Source of the DNA: an uncultured Gemmatimonadaceae bacterium
GTDB lineage: Bacteria; Gemmatimonadota; Gemmatimonadetes; Gemmatimonadales; Gemmatimonadaceae
Direction: 5' to 3'
Length of the DNA: 64,000 nt
Assembly (NCBI GenBank): GCA_963843845.1
Contig: CAWJMB010000002.1
Coordinates: 1,760,001-1,824,000, forward strand
The notes under the pieces were generated by a model. It was given only the letters and a program-made list of their open reading frames with translations. It ran no database searches and had not been told where the DNA came from. The position numbers and the translations under genes are program-made. Numbering within the stretch: the stretch's first letter is position 1; every line of letters starts with the position of its first letter. This document shows, in pieces, positions 45,549-53,603 of the stretch.

Positions 45549-47051
45549 ATGGCGATTCGCGGCACACTCGCCGAGGCGGGACTCGCCGAGGTCCTGCAGC
45601 TCCTCGCCCTTGGCCAGAAGCGTGGATGCCTGCATGCGGCGCGCGCGGACGACTGCGGCGTCGTGTACCTCGACGAAGGTCGCATTACGCATGCCTCGCT
45701 CGCCCGTCGTCCGAACGCGGCGGTCGACGAGGCGGTGTTCGAGCTGCTGACGTGGACGCGCGGCTCGTTCCGGTTCGAGCCCGACGTGCGGGCGGGCGAC
45801 GCGACCGCGCTCGTCTCGCTCGACGTGCCGGGGCTGCTCATGGAGGGCGCGCGGCGGAGCGATGAGCAGGCGCGGATCGACACGCGCGTCGGTGGCGACG
45901 ACAGCATCTACGCGTTCACCGAGCGCGCGCCGTGCACGCCGGCCGGCGCGCTCGACGTCGAGCGCGTGGCGTGGGGAGACGCCGTGCTCTCGGCGAGCGA
46001 GCGCACCGTGGCGGCCGCGATCGACGGTCGCCGCGACGTCGCCGCCATCGCGGACGCGACGGCGGTCGGGAACTTCGCGGTGCGGCGCACGCTGTTCGTC
46101 CTCGCGGAGCTGGGGCTGGTCGAAGCGGTAGGCACGTCGGTCCCGCGCACGGTCCGCGACGCGTCGCGTGTCCTCGAGCACCGCAACCTCGGTGTGGCGT
46201 TCTACCGCGCGGGGCTGCTCGACGAAGCGGCGCGAGAGTTCCGGCGCGTCCTCGCGCTCCTCCCCGGCGACGTTCACGCGCAGTATTTCGTCGGCGCGAT
46301 CGCGCTGCGTGCCGGCGACGGTGCGACCGCGGTCCGCACGCTGACGGCGGCCGCGGCCGCGCCGGGCGCGCACGGCGCGGTCTTCCAAGCGCTCGCCGCC
46401 GCACACGCCGCCGCCGGCCACGTCGGCGCGGCCCACGCGGCGCTCGACGAGGCGGAGCGACGCGGGCTCGCCAGTCACCCGCGGCTCCGTGCGCTCCGCG
46501 CCTCGCTGCTGTTGCGGACCAACGATCTCGGCGGCGCGCGCGGCGCCCTCGGCGACGACGACGCTCGGCCGATGCCCGCTGTCTGGCACCATTACGCCGC
46601 GCTCGCCGCGGCCCGCCGCGGCGACCCGCGCGCCGCGGGCGGCGCGTTGATCGCCGCACACGGGGCCGCTCCGCGCGCCGCGCCGGTCCTCGCGAACCTC
46701 GCCGCGCTCGCCGTCCACACCGGCGCGCTCGACTCCGCGCTCGACTGGGCCGCGCGTGCGCTGGACGAGGACGCGTCGCTCGCCCCGGCGCACAAGACGG
46801 TCGGGGACGTCCACTACCGCGTCGGCCGACACCGCGATGCGGCGATGGCCTTCGAGCGGGCGCTCGCCCTCGCGCCGGCGCTCGGTGCGGAGAGCTGGCT
46901 CCGGCTCGGCAACGTGCGGCTGCGCGACGGGGATCGGCGAGCGGCGGTCGCCGCCTGGCGTCAGGCGGTCACGCTGCGCCCGGATCACGCCATCGCGCGG
47001 GCGAACCTCGAGAGCGTCGAGCGCGACGGCGCGGGTGCGCAGCCGCTATGA
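45549..47051 (+). CDS. DUF4388 plus TPR protein
   Basis: MAIRGTLAEAGLAEVLQLL, WTRGSFRFEP, LLMEGARRSDE, HRNLGVAFY then TPRs; GAGG RBS. Confidence 0.82.
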   Translation: MAIRGTLAEAGLAEVLQLLALGQKRGCLHAARADDCGVVYLDEGRITHASLARRPNAAVDEAVFELLTWTRGSFRFEPDVRAGDATALVSLDVPGLLMEGARRSDEQARIDTRVGGDDSIYAFTERAPCTPAGALDVERVAWGDAVLSASERTVAAAIDGRRDVAAIADATAVGNFAVRRTLFVLAELGLVEAVGTSVPRTVRDASRVLEHRNLGVAFYRAGLLDEAAREFRRVLALLPGDVHAQYFVGAIALRAGDGATAVRTLTAAAAAPGAHGAVFQALAAAHAAAGHVGAAHAALDEAERRGLASHPRLRALRASLLLRTNDLGGARGALGDDDARPMPAVWHHYAALAAARRGDPRAAGGALIAAHGAAPRAAPVLANLAALAVHTGALDSALDWAARALDEDASLAPAHKTVGDVHYRVGRHRDAAMAFERALALAPALGAESWLRLGNVRLRDGDRRAAVAAWRQAVTLRPDHAIARANLESVERDGAGAQPL

Positions 47052-47917
47052 TCGGGCATGCCGACTCGCCGACGCGAACCCATCTCCGCGTGACGCTGCC
47101 GTACGAGACCCCCGACCCCGAAGGGTTCGTGCGCCTGCTCGACAAGGTCACGCGCGAGCGCGGCTTCCGATGCGCGAGCTACAAGGAACGCTGCCTCCGC
47201 CGCCGCATCGCGGTCCGCATGCGCGCGAAGGCGGTGCACACGTTCGACGACTACGCGTCGGTGCTCGACGCCGACCCGAACGAGTACGACCGGCTGCTGG
47301 ACGCGCTGACCATCAACGTCACCAAGCTGTTCCGCAACTGGGAGGCGTGGAGCGCGCTCGCCGAGCGGGCGATCCCCGCGCTCTGGACGTCGACGGGTGG
47401 CGCCGTTCGCGCGTGGAGCGCGGGCTCGTCGTCAGGCGAGGAGGCGTATTCGATCGCCGCACTGCTCCACCGCCACGCCGAACGCGTCGGCCAGCTCGAG
47501 CGGCTGTCGAGAGCGCATGTGTTGGGCACCGACATCGATCGCGCGGTGCTCGCGGCGGCGCGCGGGGGCGCCTACGCGGACGCCGCCTTCGCGGACACGC
47601 CGCCCGACCTCCGCGAGCGATACTTCACGTCCGGGTTTCCGGCGAGCGTCGTCGAAGACCTGCGGCCGATCGTCTCGTTCGAGCGTCGGGACCTCCTTCG
47701 TGAGCCGCCGCCGCCCGGGCGGTGGGATCTGATCGCGTGCCGCAACGTCGTGATCTACTTCGACCGCGAGACGCAGGACGCGCTGTTCCACCGCCTGCAC
47801 GCGGCGCTCGTACCGGGCGGCGTGCTGTTCCTCGGGAAAGTCGAGACGCTGCTCGGCGAGCTGCGGCAGCTGTTCGAGCCGATCGATGCGCGCGAGCGGA
47901 TCTTCCGCCGCGTCTGA
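47048..47917 (+). CDS. cheR: CheR-type methyltransferase
   Basis: LTINVTKLFRN, WSAGSSSGEEAYS, GTDID, CRNVVIYFD, LFLGKVE. Confidence 0.92.
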   Translation: MIGHADSPTRTHLRVTLPYETPDPEGFVRLLDKVTRERGFRCASYKERCLRRRIAVRMRAKAVHTFDDYASVLDADPNEYDRLLDALTINVTKLFRNWEAWSALAERAIPALWTSTGGAVRAWSAGSSSGEEAYSIAALLHRHAERVGQLERLSRAHVLGTDIDRAVLAAARGGAYADAAFADTPPDLRERYFTSGFPASVVEDLRPIVSFERRDLLREPPPPGRWDLIACRNVVIYFDRETQDALFHRLHAALVPGGVLFLGKVETLLGELRQLFEPIDARERIFRRV

Positions 47918-47932
47918 GATGACGCGCGGCGC

Positions 47933-48832
47933 ATGACCGAGCCCGCCACCCACCTCGCCTCCCGGATCGCGGAGCTCGAGGCGACGCTCGAGCGGCGCGT
48001 CGGCGAGCGCAGCGCGGCAGTCGGCGAGAACGAGCGCACGGCGCTGAAGCAGACGATCGTCGCGCTCATCCGCGATGCGGACGGCGAGGCGCAACGCGCG
48101 GTCGCGCTGCAGGCGGCGGCCCGCGCCCTCGCCGCCAAGTGGAAGCAGCTTCCGGCGTCGCCCGCCGCCGAGCCGCCGGCCGCGCCGGCGCCCCTCACCG
48201 AACGCGTCGATCACCTGGGCGCGTCGACGTTCGTGGCGAAAGGGTGGAGCGCGATCTCGCGCGGCGACTACGAGGCCGCGGAGCGATCGCTCGAGCAGGC
48301 GCTCCGACTCGCTCCGGAGGATCTCGAGGCGAGGACGCTCTGCGGGTGGGCGCTCATGGGGCAGGCACGCTACGACGACGCCCTCGTCGCGTTGAACGCG
48401 GTGCTCGCGCGCGCGCCGCAGCACGAACTGGCGCGCGCGAACGTCGGCTACGTCTGCCTGCGGAAAGGGATCTACGGTGAGGCGATCGAGCATCTCGCGA
48501 CGGCCGCACGCGGGGCGGACCGCAAGGCGGTGTTGTACGCGACGCATTACCTCGGGCTCGTGTACCTGCACCGCGAGATGTTCGACGATGCGGCCGGATG
48601 CTTTCGCCGCGCGCTCGCGCTCGGCCCGAACCTCCACGAGGCGAGCTACGAGCTGGGGCGCGCGCTCTGGTTCGCCGGTGATCGCGACGGCGCGATCGCG
48701 ACGTGGCGCGGCGCGGCGTCGTCGGGCAAGTTCAACGAATGGGCTCGGCGGTGTGGCGAACGGGACGAGGCGGCGATGCGTGGCGAGGGACCGCCCGCCG
48801 TGGGAGAGGGGCTGCGCCACGCATCCGTCTGA
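47933..48832 (+). CDS. TPR protein with N-terminal coiled coil
   Basis: TPR pattern (ARANVGYVCL, HYLGLVYL, YELGRALW). Confidence 0.8.
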   Translation: MTEPATHLASRIAELEATLERRVGERSAAVGENERTALKQTIVALIRDADGEAQRAVALQAAARALAAKWKQLPASPAAEPPAAPAPLTERVDHLGASTFVAKGWSAISRGDYEAAERSLEQALRLAPEDLEARTLCGWALMGQARYDDALVALNAVLARAPQHELARANVGYVCLRKGIYGEAIEHLATAARGADRKAVLYATHYLGLVYLHREMFDDAAGCFRRALALGPNLHEASYELGRALWFAGDRDGAIATWRGAASSGKFNEWARRCGERDEAAMRGEGPPAVGEGLRHASV

Positions 48833-49848
48833 GCGGAGGCTGGGCGCGCCGCTGCCTGACGTCGCTCGCGGTCGCGGCGGCCCTCACCCACGCGCCGGGC
48901 ATCGCTGCCGCGACCGCCGCCGCGCAGCCGCCCGAGCCGAGTGGGGCCGTGCGTCTCGACTCGGGGCGCTTCACGATCGTCGCGTATCCGAGCGACCGAA
49001 CGCTCGCCCGAACGCTGCTGGTCGAGGCGGTGCGACGTGACACCTTTCCCGGCCTTCCGCGTCCGAGCGCGCACGTCCTCGTCGCGGTCGCGCCCGACGC
49101 AGCGCGGTTCCGCGCCTGGGTCGGCCCGCGGGCGCCCGAATGGGGCGCGGCGATCGCGTTCCCAGGGCTGAGCCGCATCGTGATGCAGGGGCGCGCCGCC
49201 GGCTCCGACGCCGGCGACCCGGTGCGCGTGCTTCGTCACGAGCTGGCGCACCTCGCGCTGCACGAGCACCTCGGCGACCTCCCGCCACGCTGGTTCGACG
49301 AAGGCTACGCGGGATACGCGGCCGGCGAGTGGGGGCGCGACGAGTCGCTGGCGACGAACGTCGCGCTGCTCGTGGGCGGCGTGCCGTCGCTCGACTCGCT
49401 CGAGTCGGGGTTCTACCGCGGCGCACTGACGGCCGAGCAGAGCTACGCCCTCGCGTACCGCGCGGTATCGGACCTCGCCTCGCTCGACGAGCGGCGGGGG
49501 CTGACGCTGTTCTTTCGGTACTGGCGCGAGACGCAGCGGTTCGACACCGCGGTGCGGAGCGCCTACGGCACGACCGCCGGCGCCTACGAACGGCTCTGGC
49601 AGGAGCGAACGCGCCGCCGCTATGGCGCGCTCGCCCTCGTGGCGAACTTCGGGCTGGCGTCGACGCTGTTCGCCGCCCTCTTCGCGCCGCTGTGGCTGAC
49701 CCGGCGGCGCCGCACCCGCGAACGGCTGGAGGCGCTCCGGCGCGCGGACGCGGCTGCCGAGCGCGCCGAGCGAGAGAGCGCGCTCGCGCTCCTCGTCGGC
49801 ACGCCCGATCCGGCCGCGGCGGATCGTGACTCGCGGCAACTGGATTAG
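48829..49848 (+). CDS. peptidase MA-like HEXXH protein with C-terminal TM segment (start uncertain)
   Basis: LRHELAH..PRWFDEGYA; signal-like N-terminus; TM segment followed by RRRR. Confidence 0.72.
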   Translation: MSGGWARRCLTSLAVAAALTHAPGIAAATAAAQPPEPSGAVRLDSGRFTIVAYPSDRTLARTLLVEAVRRDTFPGLPRPSAHVLVAVAPDAARFRAWVGPRAPEWGAAIAFPGLSRIVMQGRAAGSDAGDPVRVLRHELAHLALHEHLGDLPPRWFDEGYAGYAAGEWGRDESLATNVALLVGGVPSLDSLESGFYRGALTAEQSYALAYRAVSDLASLDERRGLTLFFRYWRETQRFDTAVRSAYGTTAGAYERLWQERTRRRYGALALVANFGLASTLFAALFAPLWLTRRRRTRERLEALRRADAAAERAERESALALLVGTPDPAAADRDSRQLD

Positions 49849-49885
49849 CGATTGATTAAAGTCCCGACCGTCGCATCGCCTTCCG

Positions 49886-49914
49886 TTGACACGGTTTTCG
49901 TCTCTTCCTAGTGT
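49886..49914 (+). promoter_or_regulatory. sigma70-type promoter
   Basis: TTGACA-N17-TAGTGT, 6 nt before an ATG. Confidence 0.7.
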
Positions 49915-49920
49915 AGGACC

Positions 49921-50091
49921 ATGGCTTCGACCGTTGCCGGGACCCGCGCGCGTCCGTACCTCTGGTGGCTCGTCGCATTCGTCGTGCTGCTCGCGGGGTA
50001 TGCAGACCTGTGGCGAGGAGGCACCACGCTCGCGCCGCTGTTGCTCGTGCTCGGGTACTGCGTGTTCGTTCCGCTCGCGATCTTGAAGTGA
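49921..50091 (+). CDS. small 2-TM membrane protein, 56 aa (DUF3098-like), absent from the ORF track
   Basis: MASTVAGTRARPYLWWLVAFVVLLAGYADLWRGGTTLAPLLLVLGYCVFVPLAILK. Confidence 0.7.
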   Translation: MASTVAGTRARPYLWWLVAFVVLLAGYADLWRGGTTLAPLLLVLGYCVFVPLAILK

Positions 50092-50115
50092 GCGTTCGCT
50101 GATCGTCGAACGCGC

Positions 50116-50189
50116 GGGCGAATAGCTCAGCCGGTTAGAGCACCTGTCTTACACACAGGGGGTCGGGGGTTCGAGCCCCTCTTCGCCCA
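50116..50189 (+). tRNA. tRNA-Val (TAC), CCA not encoded
   Basis: GGGCGAA-TAGCTCAG..CCTGTC TTACAC ACAGG..GTTCGAGCCC..TTCGCCCA. Confidence 0.96.
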
Positions 50190-50399
50190 TGTCGCAGGAC
50201 CGTTCACGGGGCCCACGCGGGACCCTCGCAGGATCCGAAGGGTAGGTTGGACGCGGTACGCAGTGACGGGCGTCGGAGCGTAGCAGTGGCCTCCGGCGCC
50301 CGTGTCGTTCGTCAGGGCTCGACCGGTGAAAAAACCCAGGTGGAACTGGCGACGTGGCACGCCCCTCGCCGGAACCCACCCACGCAACGCGGGGTACGG

Positions 50400-52154
50400 A
50401 TGTTTAACGCTTTGGAGGTTACGACATTGAAGGCACGGTATTGCCAGGCGCTCCCGGCGGTCGTCGCCGGCCTCCTCGCGAGCGCCCCCTTCGCCCCGCT
50501 CGCCGCGCAGGTGTCGACGGTGCGTCCCCCCGATCCGAACGCCCCCCGACTCGTCGTCGAGGTGTTCCGGTCGGCAGAGAAGAATGCCGGTGTGCAGGCG
50601 TCGGACGCGCTGCGCACCCGGATCACGCAGGACGCCGGTGGCCGCAATCTGTACGTCCTTCCGAAGCAGGACATCACGAACAACCTCGAGGCGTCGGGAT
50701 TCCCGACCACCGAGGCGCTGAACATGAACGACGCCCGCGCGCTCTCGCAGTTGCTGCGCGGCGACGTCTTTCTGACCGGCGACGTCGTGAAGGATGGGAC
50801 GGGCTATCGCGTGACCGCGAACTACGTCCTCACGCGCGACGCCGCGCTCGTGCAGCCGCTCGGCACCTATACGGTCTCGAAGCCCGACGGTGCCGCGGGG
50901 CAGATCTCGAAGGAGTTCCAGGGCGCCCTGAAGGCGTTCACGGCGGAGCGCGATTGCGTCAACCGCGCACGCGAAGGGAAGTACGCCGAGGCGAAGGCGG
51001 CGGCGGCGAAGGGGATCGCCGCCTACCCGAACTCGACGCTCGCGCGCATCTGCCTCGTGAACGTGCTCGTGACCGAGAAGGCGGCGCCCGACTCGATCCT
51101 GGCGGTCTCGAACGAGATCCTGAAGATCTACCCGTCGAGCCGGCCCGCGCTGGCGGCGAGCTATGATGCCCTGCGCTCGTCGAACCGCGCGAACGAGGCG
51201 ACCGACGTCCTCATCAAGCTGGTCGGCGCGGATCCGACGAACACGAAGCTGCTCGAGCAGGTGATCAACGAGTTCGCCGCGAACGGGCAGGCGGCCAAGG
51301 CGATTCCGTTCGTCGATCAGCTCGTGCGCGACAACTCGGGCGACCCGGGCTACCTGCTGCTCCAGTCGCGCGTGCACATCGCCGCGAAGGACTACAAGGG
51401 TGGCATCGCGGCCGGCGAGGAGTTGATCCGGACGGACACGGCGAGCGCGACGCCCGAGTTCTTCAGTCGGCTCGCGGCGGCCGCGCAAGTCGACAGCCAG
51501 CCGCAGAAGGCGGCGCAGCTGTACGCACAGGCCCTCGCGAAGTTCCCGACGAACGCGGCGCTGCTGACCGATTACGTGCAGGTCCTGCGCACGACGGGTC
51601 AGAATCAGCAGGCCCTCGACATCGTGAGCCGCGCGATCGCCGCCGACCCGAAGCGGGGCACGCTCTACACGCAGCGCGCGCTCATCCTGAACGACCTCGC
51701 GCAACCCGACAGCGCGGTCGCGTCGCTGCAGCAGGCGCTCGCGGCTGGCGATAGTGCCGCCAACGTCGCGCAGTATGCCGGTGTCATCGGCCAGACGCTG
51801 TATCGCGCGGCCGTCGCCTCGAAGGCCGGAGCGGACTACGAGAAGGCGATCAGCGTGCTCGATTTCTCGGTGAAGACGAGCGCCAACACCGACGTGCAGT
51901 TCCTGCTCGGCGCCGCGCAGTATCAGTACGGCAGCCAGCTCGCGCAGCAGACGCAGCCGCTGGTTCGCGGCAGCGCGGCGGAGAAGGCCCAGGCGTGCAC
52001 CATGGCGAAGACCGCGCAGGAGCAGTTCACGAACGCGCAGATCAACGTCCCCGCCGGCGGGCGCTCGAACCCGACGACGGCCCAGCAGATCCTCGGTGCG
52101 CTGCCGCAGCTCTCGGGCTACGTCGACCAGGTCGCCAAGGCTCTCTGCAAGTGA
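50400..52154 (+). CDS. secreted TPR-like helical protein
   Basis: signal peptide ending PLAAQ, helical repeats, strongly optimised codon usage. Confidence 0.75.
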   Translation: MFNALEVTTLKARYCQALPAVVAGLLASAPFAPLAAQVSTVRPPDPNAPRLVVEVFRSAEKNAGVQASDALRTRITQDAGGRNLYVLPKQDITNNLEASGFPTTEALNMNDARALSQLLRGDVFLTGDVVKDGTGYRVTANYVLTRDAALVQPLGTYTVSKPDGAAGQISKEFQGALKAFTAERDCVNRAREGKYAEAKAAAAKGIAAYPNSTLARICLVNVLVTEKAAPDSILAVSNEILKIYPSSRPALAASYDALRSSNRANEATDVLIKLVGADPTNTKLLEQVINEFAANGQAAKAIPFVDQLVRDNSGDPGYLLLQSRVHIAAKDYKGGIAAGEELIRTDTASATPEFFSRLAAAAQVDSQPQKAAQLYAQALAKFPTNAALLTDYVQVLRTTGQNQQALDIVSRAIAADPKRGTLYTQRALILNDLAQPDSAVASLQQALAAGDSAANVAQYAGVIGQTLYRAAVASKAGADYEKAISVLDFSVKTSANTDVQFLLGAAQYQYGSQLAQQTQPLVRGSAAEKAQACTMAKTAQEQFTNAQINVPAGGRSNPTTAQQILGALPQLSGYVDQVAKALCK

Positions 52155-52175
52155 CCTGACCGATCGGTCCGAACG

Positions 52176-52207
52176 AGGGCTCGGTGCTACGCACCGAGCC
52201 CTTTTTC
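52176..52207 (+). terminator. intrinsic terminator
   Basis: AGGGCTCGGTGC-tac-GCACCGAGCCCT followed by a T-run. Confidence 0.85.
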
Positions 52208-52236
52208 GTTGCCCCGATGCTTGCTCGCAGCCACGC

Positions 52237-52266
52237 TTGACGCTCTCCAAAAACCGCCGCTAGGTT
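52237..52266 (+). promoter_or_regulatory. putative dcw promoter
   Basis: TTGACG-N18-TAGGTT. Confidence 0.5.
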
Positions 52267-52277
52267 GCTCCGTCCGA

Positions 52278-53266
52278 TGTCCGAACGTGCTCGATGGGAC
52301 AGCGCGTACCACGCGCCAGTGATGGCCGCGGACATCGTGCGACTCCTGCGCGAGGCTCCCACGTCGCACGCCGGTCGCCCCGCGCTCGCGCTCGACGGTA
52401 CGCTGGGCGGCGGCGGTCACACGCTCGCGCTGCTCGAGGCCGGATTCCAGGTCGTCGGCCTCGACCGTGACCCGGACGCTGTCGCCGCCGCGAGCGAGCG
52501 GCTGCACTCCTACCTCTCCCCGGGGCGCTTTCACCCGCTCCTCGCCAACTACGCCGACGTCGACACCCTCGACGAGGTCGCCTCCGTGCGCTTCGACGCG
52601 ATCGTGCTCGACCTCGGCATCTCGTCGCATCAGATCGACGCGCTGACGCGCGGCTTCACCTTTCGCGAAGGCGCCCCGCTGGACATGCGCATGGGATCGG
52701 ATACTCTCGCCGACGCAGCGACGCTGCTGAACGACAGCGACGAGCGAGAGCTCGCGCGTGTCTTCCGCGAGTACGGCGACGAGCCGCACGCGGCGCGCCT
52801 GGCGCGTGAAGTCGCGCGCCGCCGCTCCACGCGCCCGTTCACGACGAGCGACGATCTCGTCGGCGCGATCCGGGCCGCGCTCGGGCCGCGCAGCGGCGCG
52901 GGCGACTTCGCGCGACTGTTCCAGGCGGTGCGCATCGCCGTCAACGACGAGCTGGCGGGTCTCGCGCGCGCGCTTCCGGCGCTGCGTGATCGACTCGCGC
53001 CGGGCGGGCGGATCGCGGTCCTGGCATACCACAGCGGCGAAGACCGGCTGGTGAAGCACGCGTTCCGCGCGTGGAGCGCGCACTGCGTCTGCCCGCCGCG
53101 CCATCCGCTCTGCACGTGCGGCCACGTCGCGCTCGGCGAGACGATCACGCGCCGCGCCCTCGGGCCGTCGGCCGACGAGCAAGCACACAACGTTCGCGCG
53201 CGCAGCGCGAAGCTGCGCGTGTGGCAGCGCGCCGCGGCACTGCCGCCCGCCGGAGTCGCGGCGTGA
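52278..53266 (+). CDS. rsmH: 16S rRNA m4C1402 methyltransferase
   Basis: DGTLGGGGH, DLGISSHQID, PLDMRM, FQAVRIAVNDEL, YHSGEDR, ARSAKLR. Confidence 0.96.
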
Positions 53267-53589
53267 GCCCGCGTTCGCGCGCGTCGCGCGCGCAGCGTCG
53301 CGGGCGCGGCTGGCGCGTCGTCGGGCTCGCCCTCGTCGCGTTCGTGCTCGTCGCGGCAGGCGTCGTGTGGCGCCGCAGTCGCGGCATCGCGCAGGCGCGC
53401 GAATTGACCGTGCTCGCCCGCCGACGCGATCAGCTCGTCGCCGAGCGTGCGGCGCTGCGCAGCGCGGTGCGGATCGCGGCCAGCCGCCCACGCATCGTCG
53501 CCGCTGCGGAAGGACGGCTCGGCATGCGTGTCCCGGCGGACACGCAGGTCGTTCTCATCGCGCGCCGCGTCCCGGCGCCGAACCGGTAG
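53263..53589 (+). CDS. ftsL: cell division protein FtsL-like
   Basis: single TM segment plus coiled coil, RIVAAAEGRLGM; lies between rsmH and ftsI. Confidence 0.75.
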   Translation: MSPRSRASRAQRRGRGWRVVGLALVAFVLVAAGVVWRRSRGIAQARELTVLARRRDQLVAERAALRSAVRIAASRPRIVAAAEGRLGMRVPADTQVVLIARRVPAPNR

Positions 53590-53603
53590 AGCCAGGAACC
53601 GTC

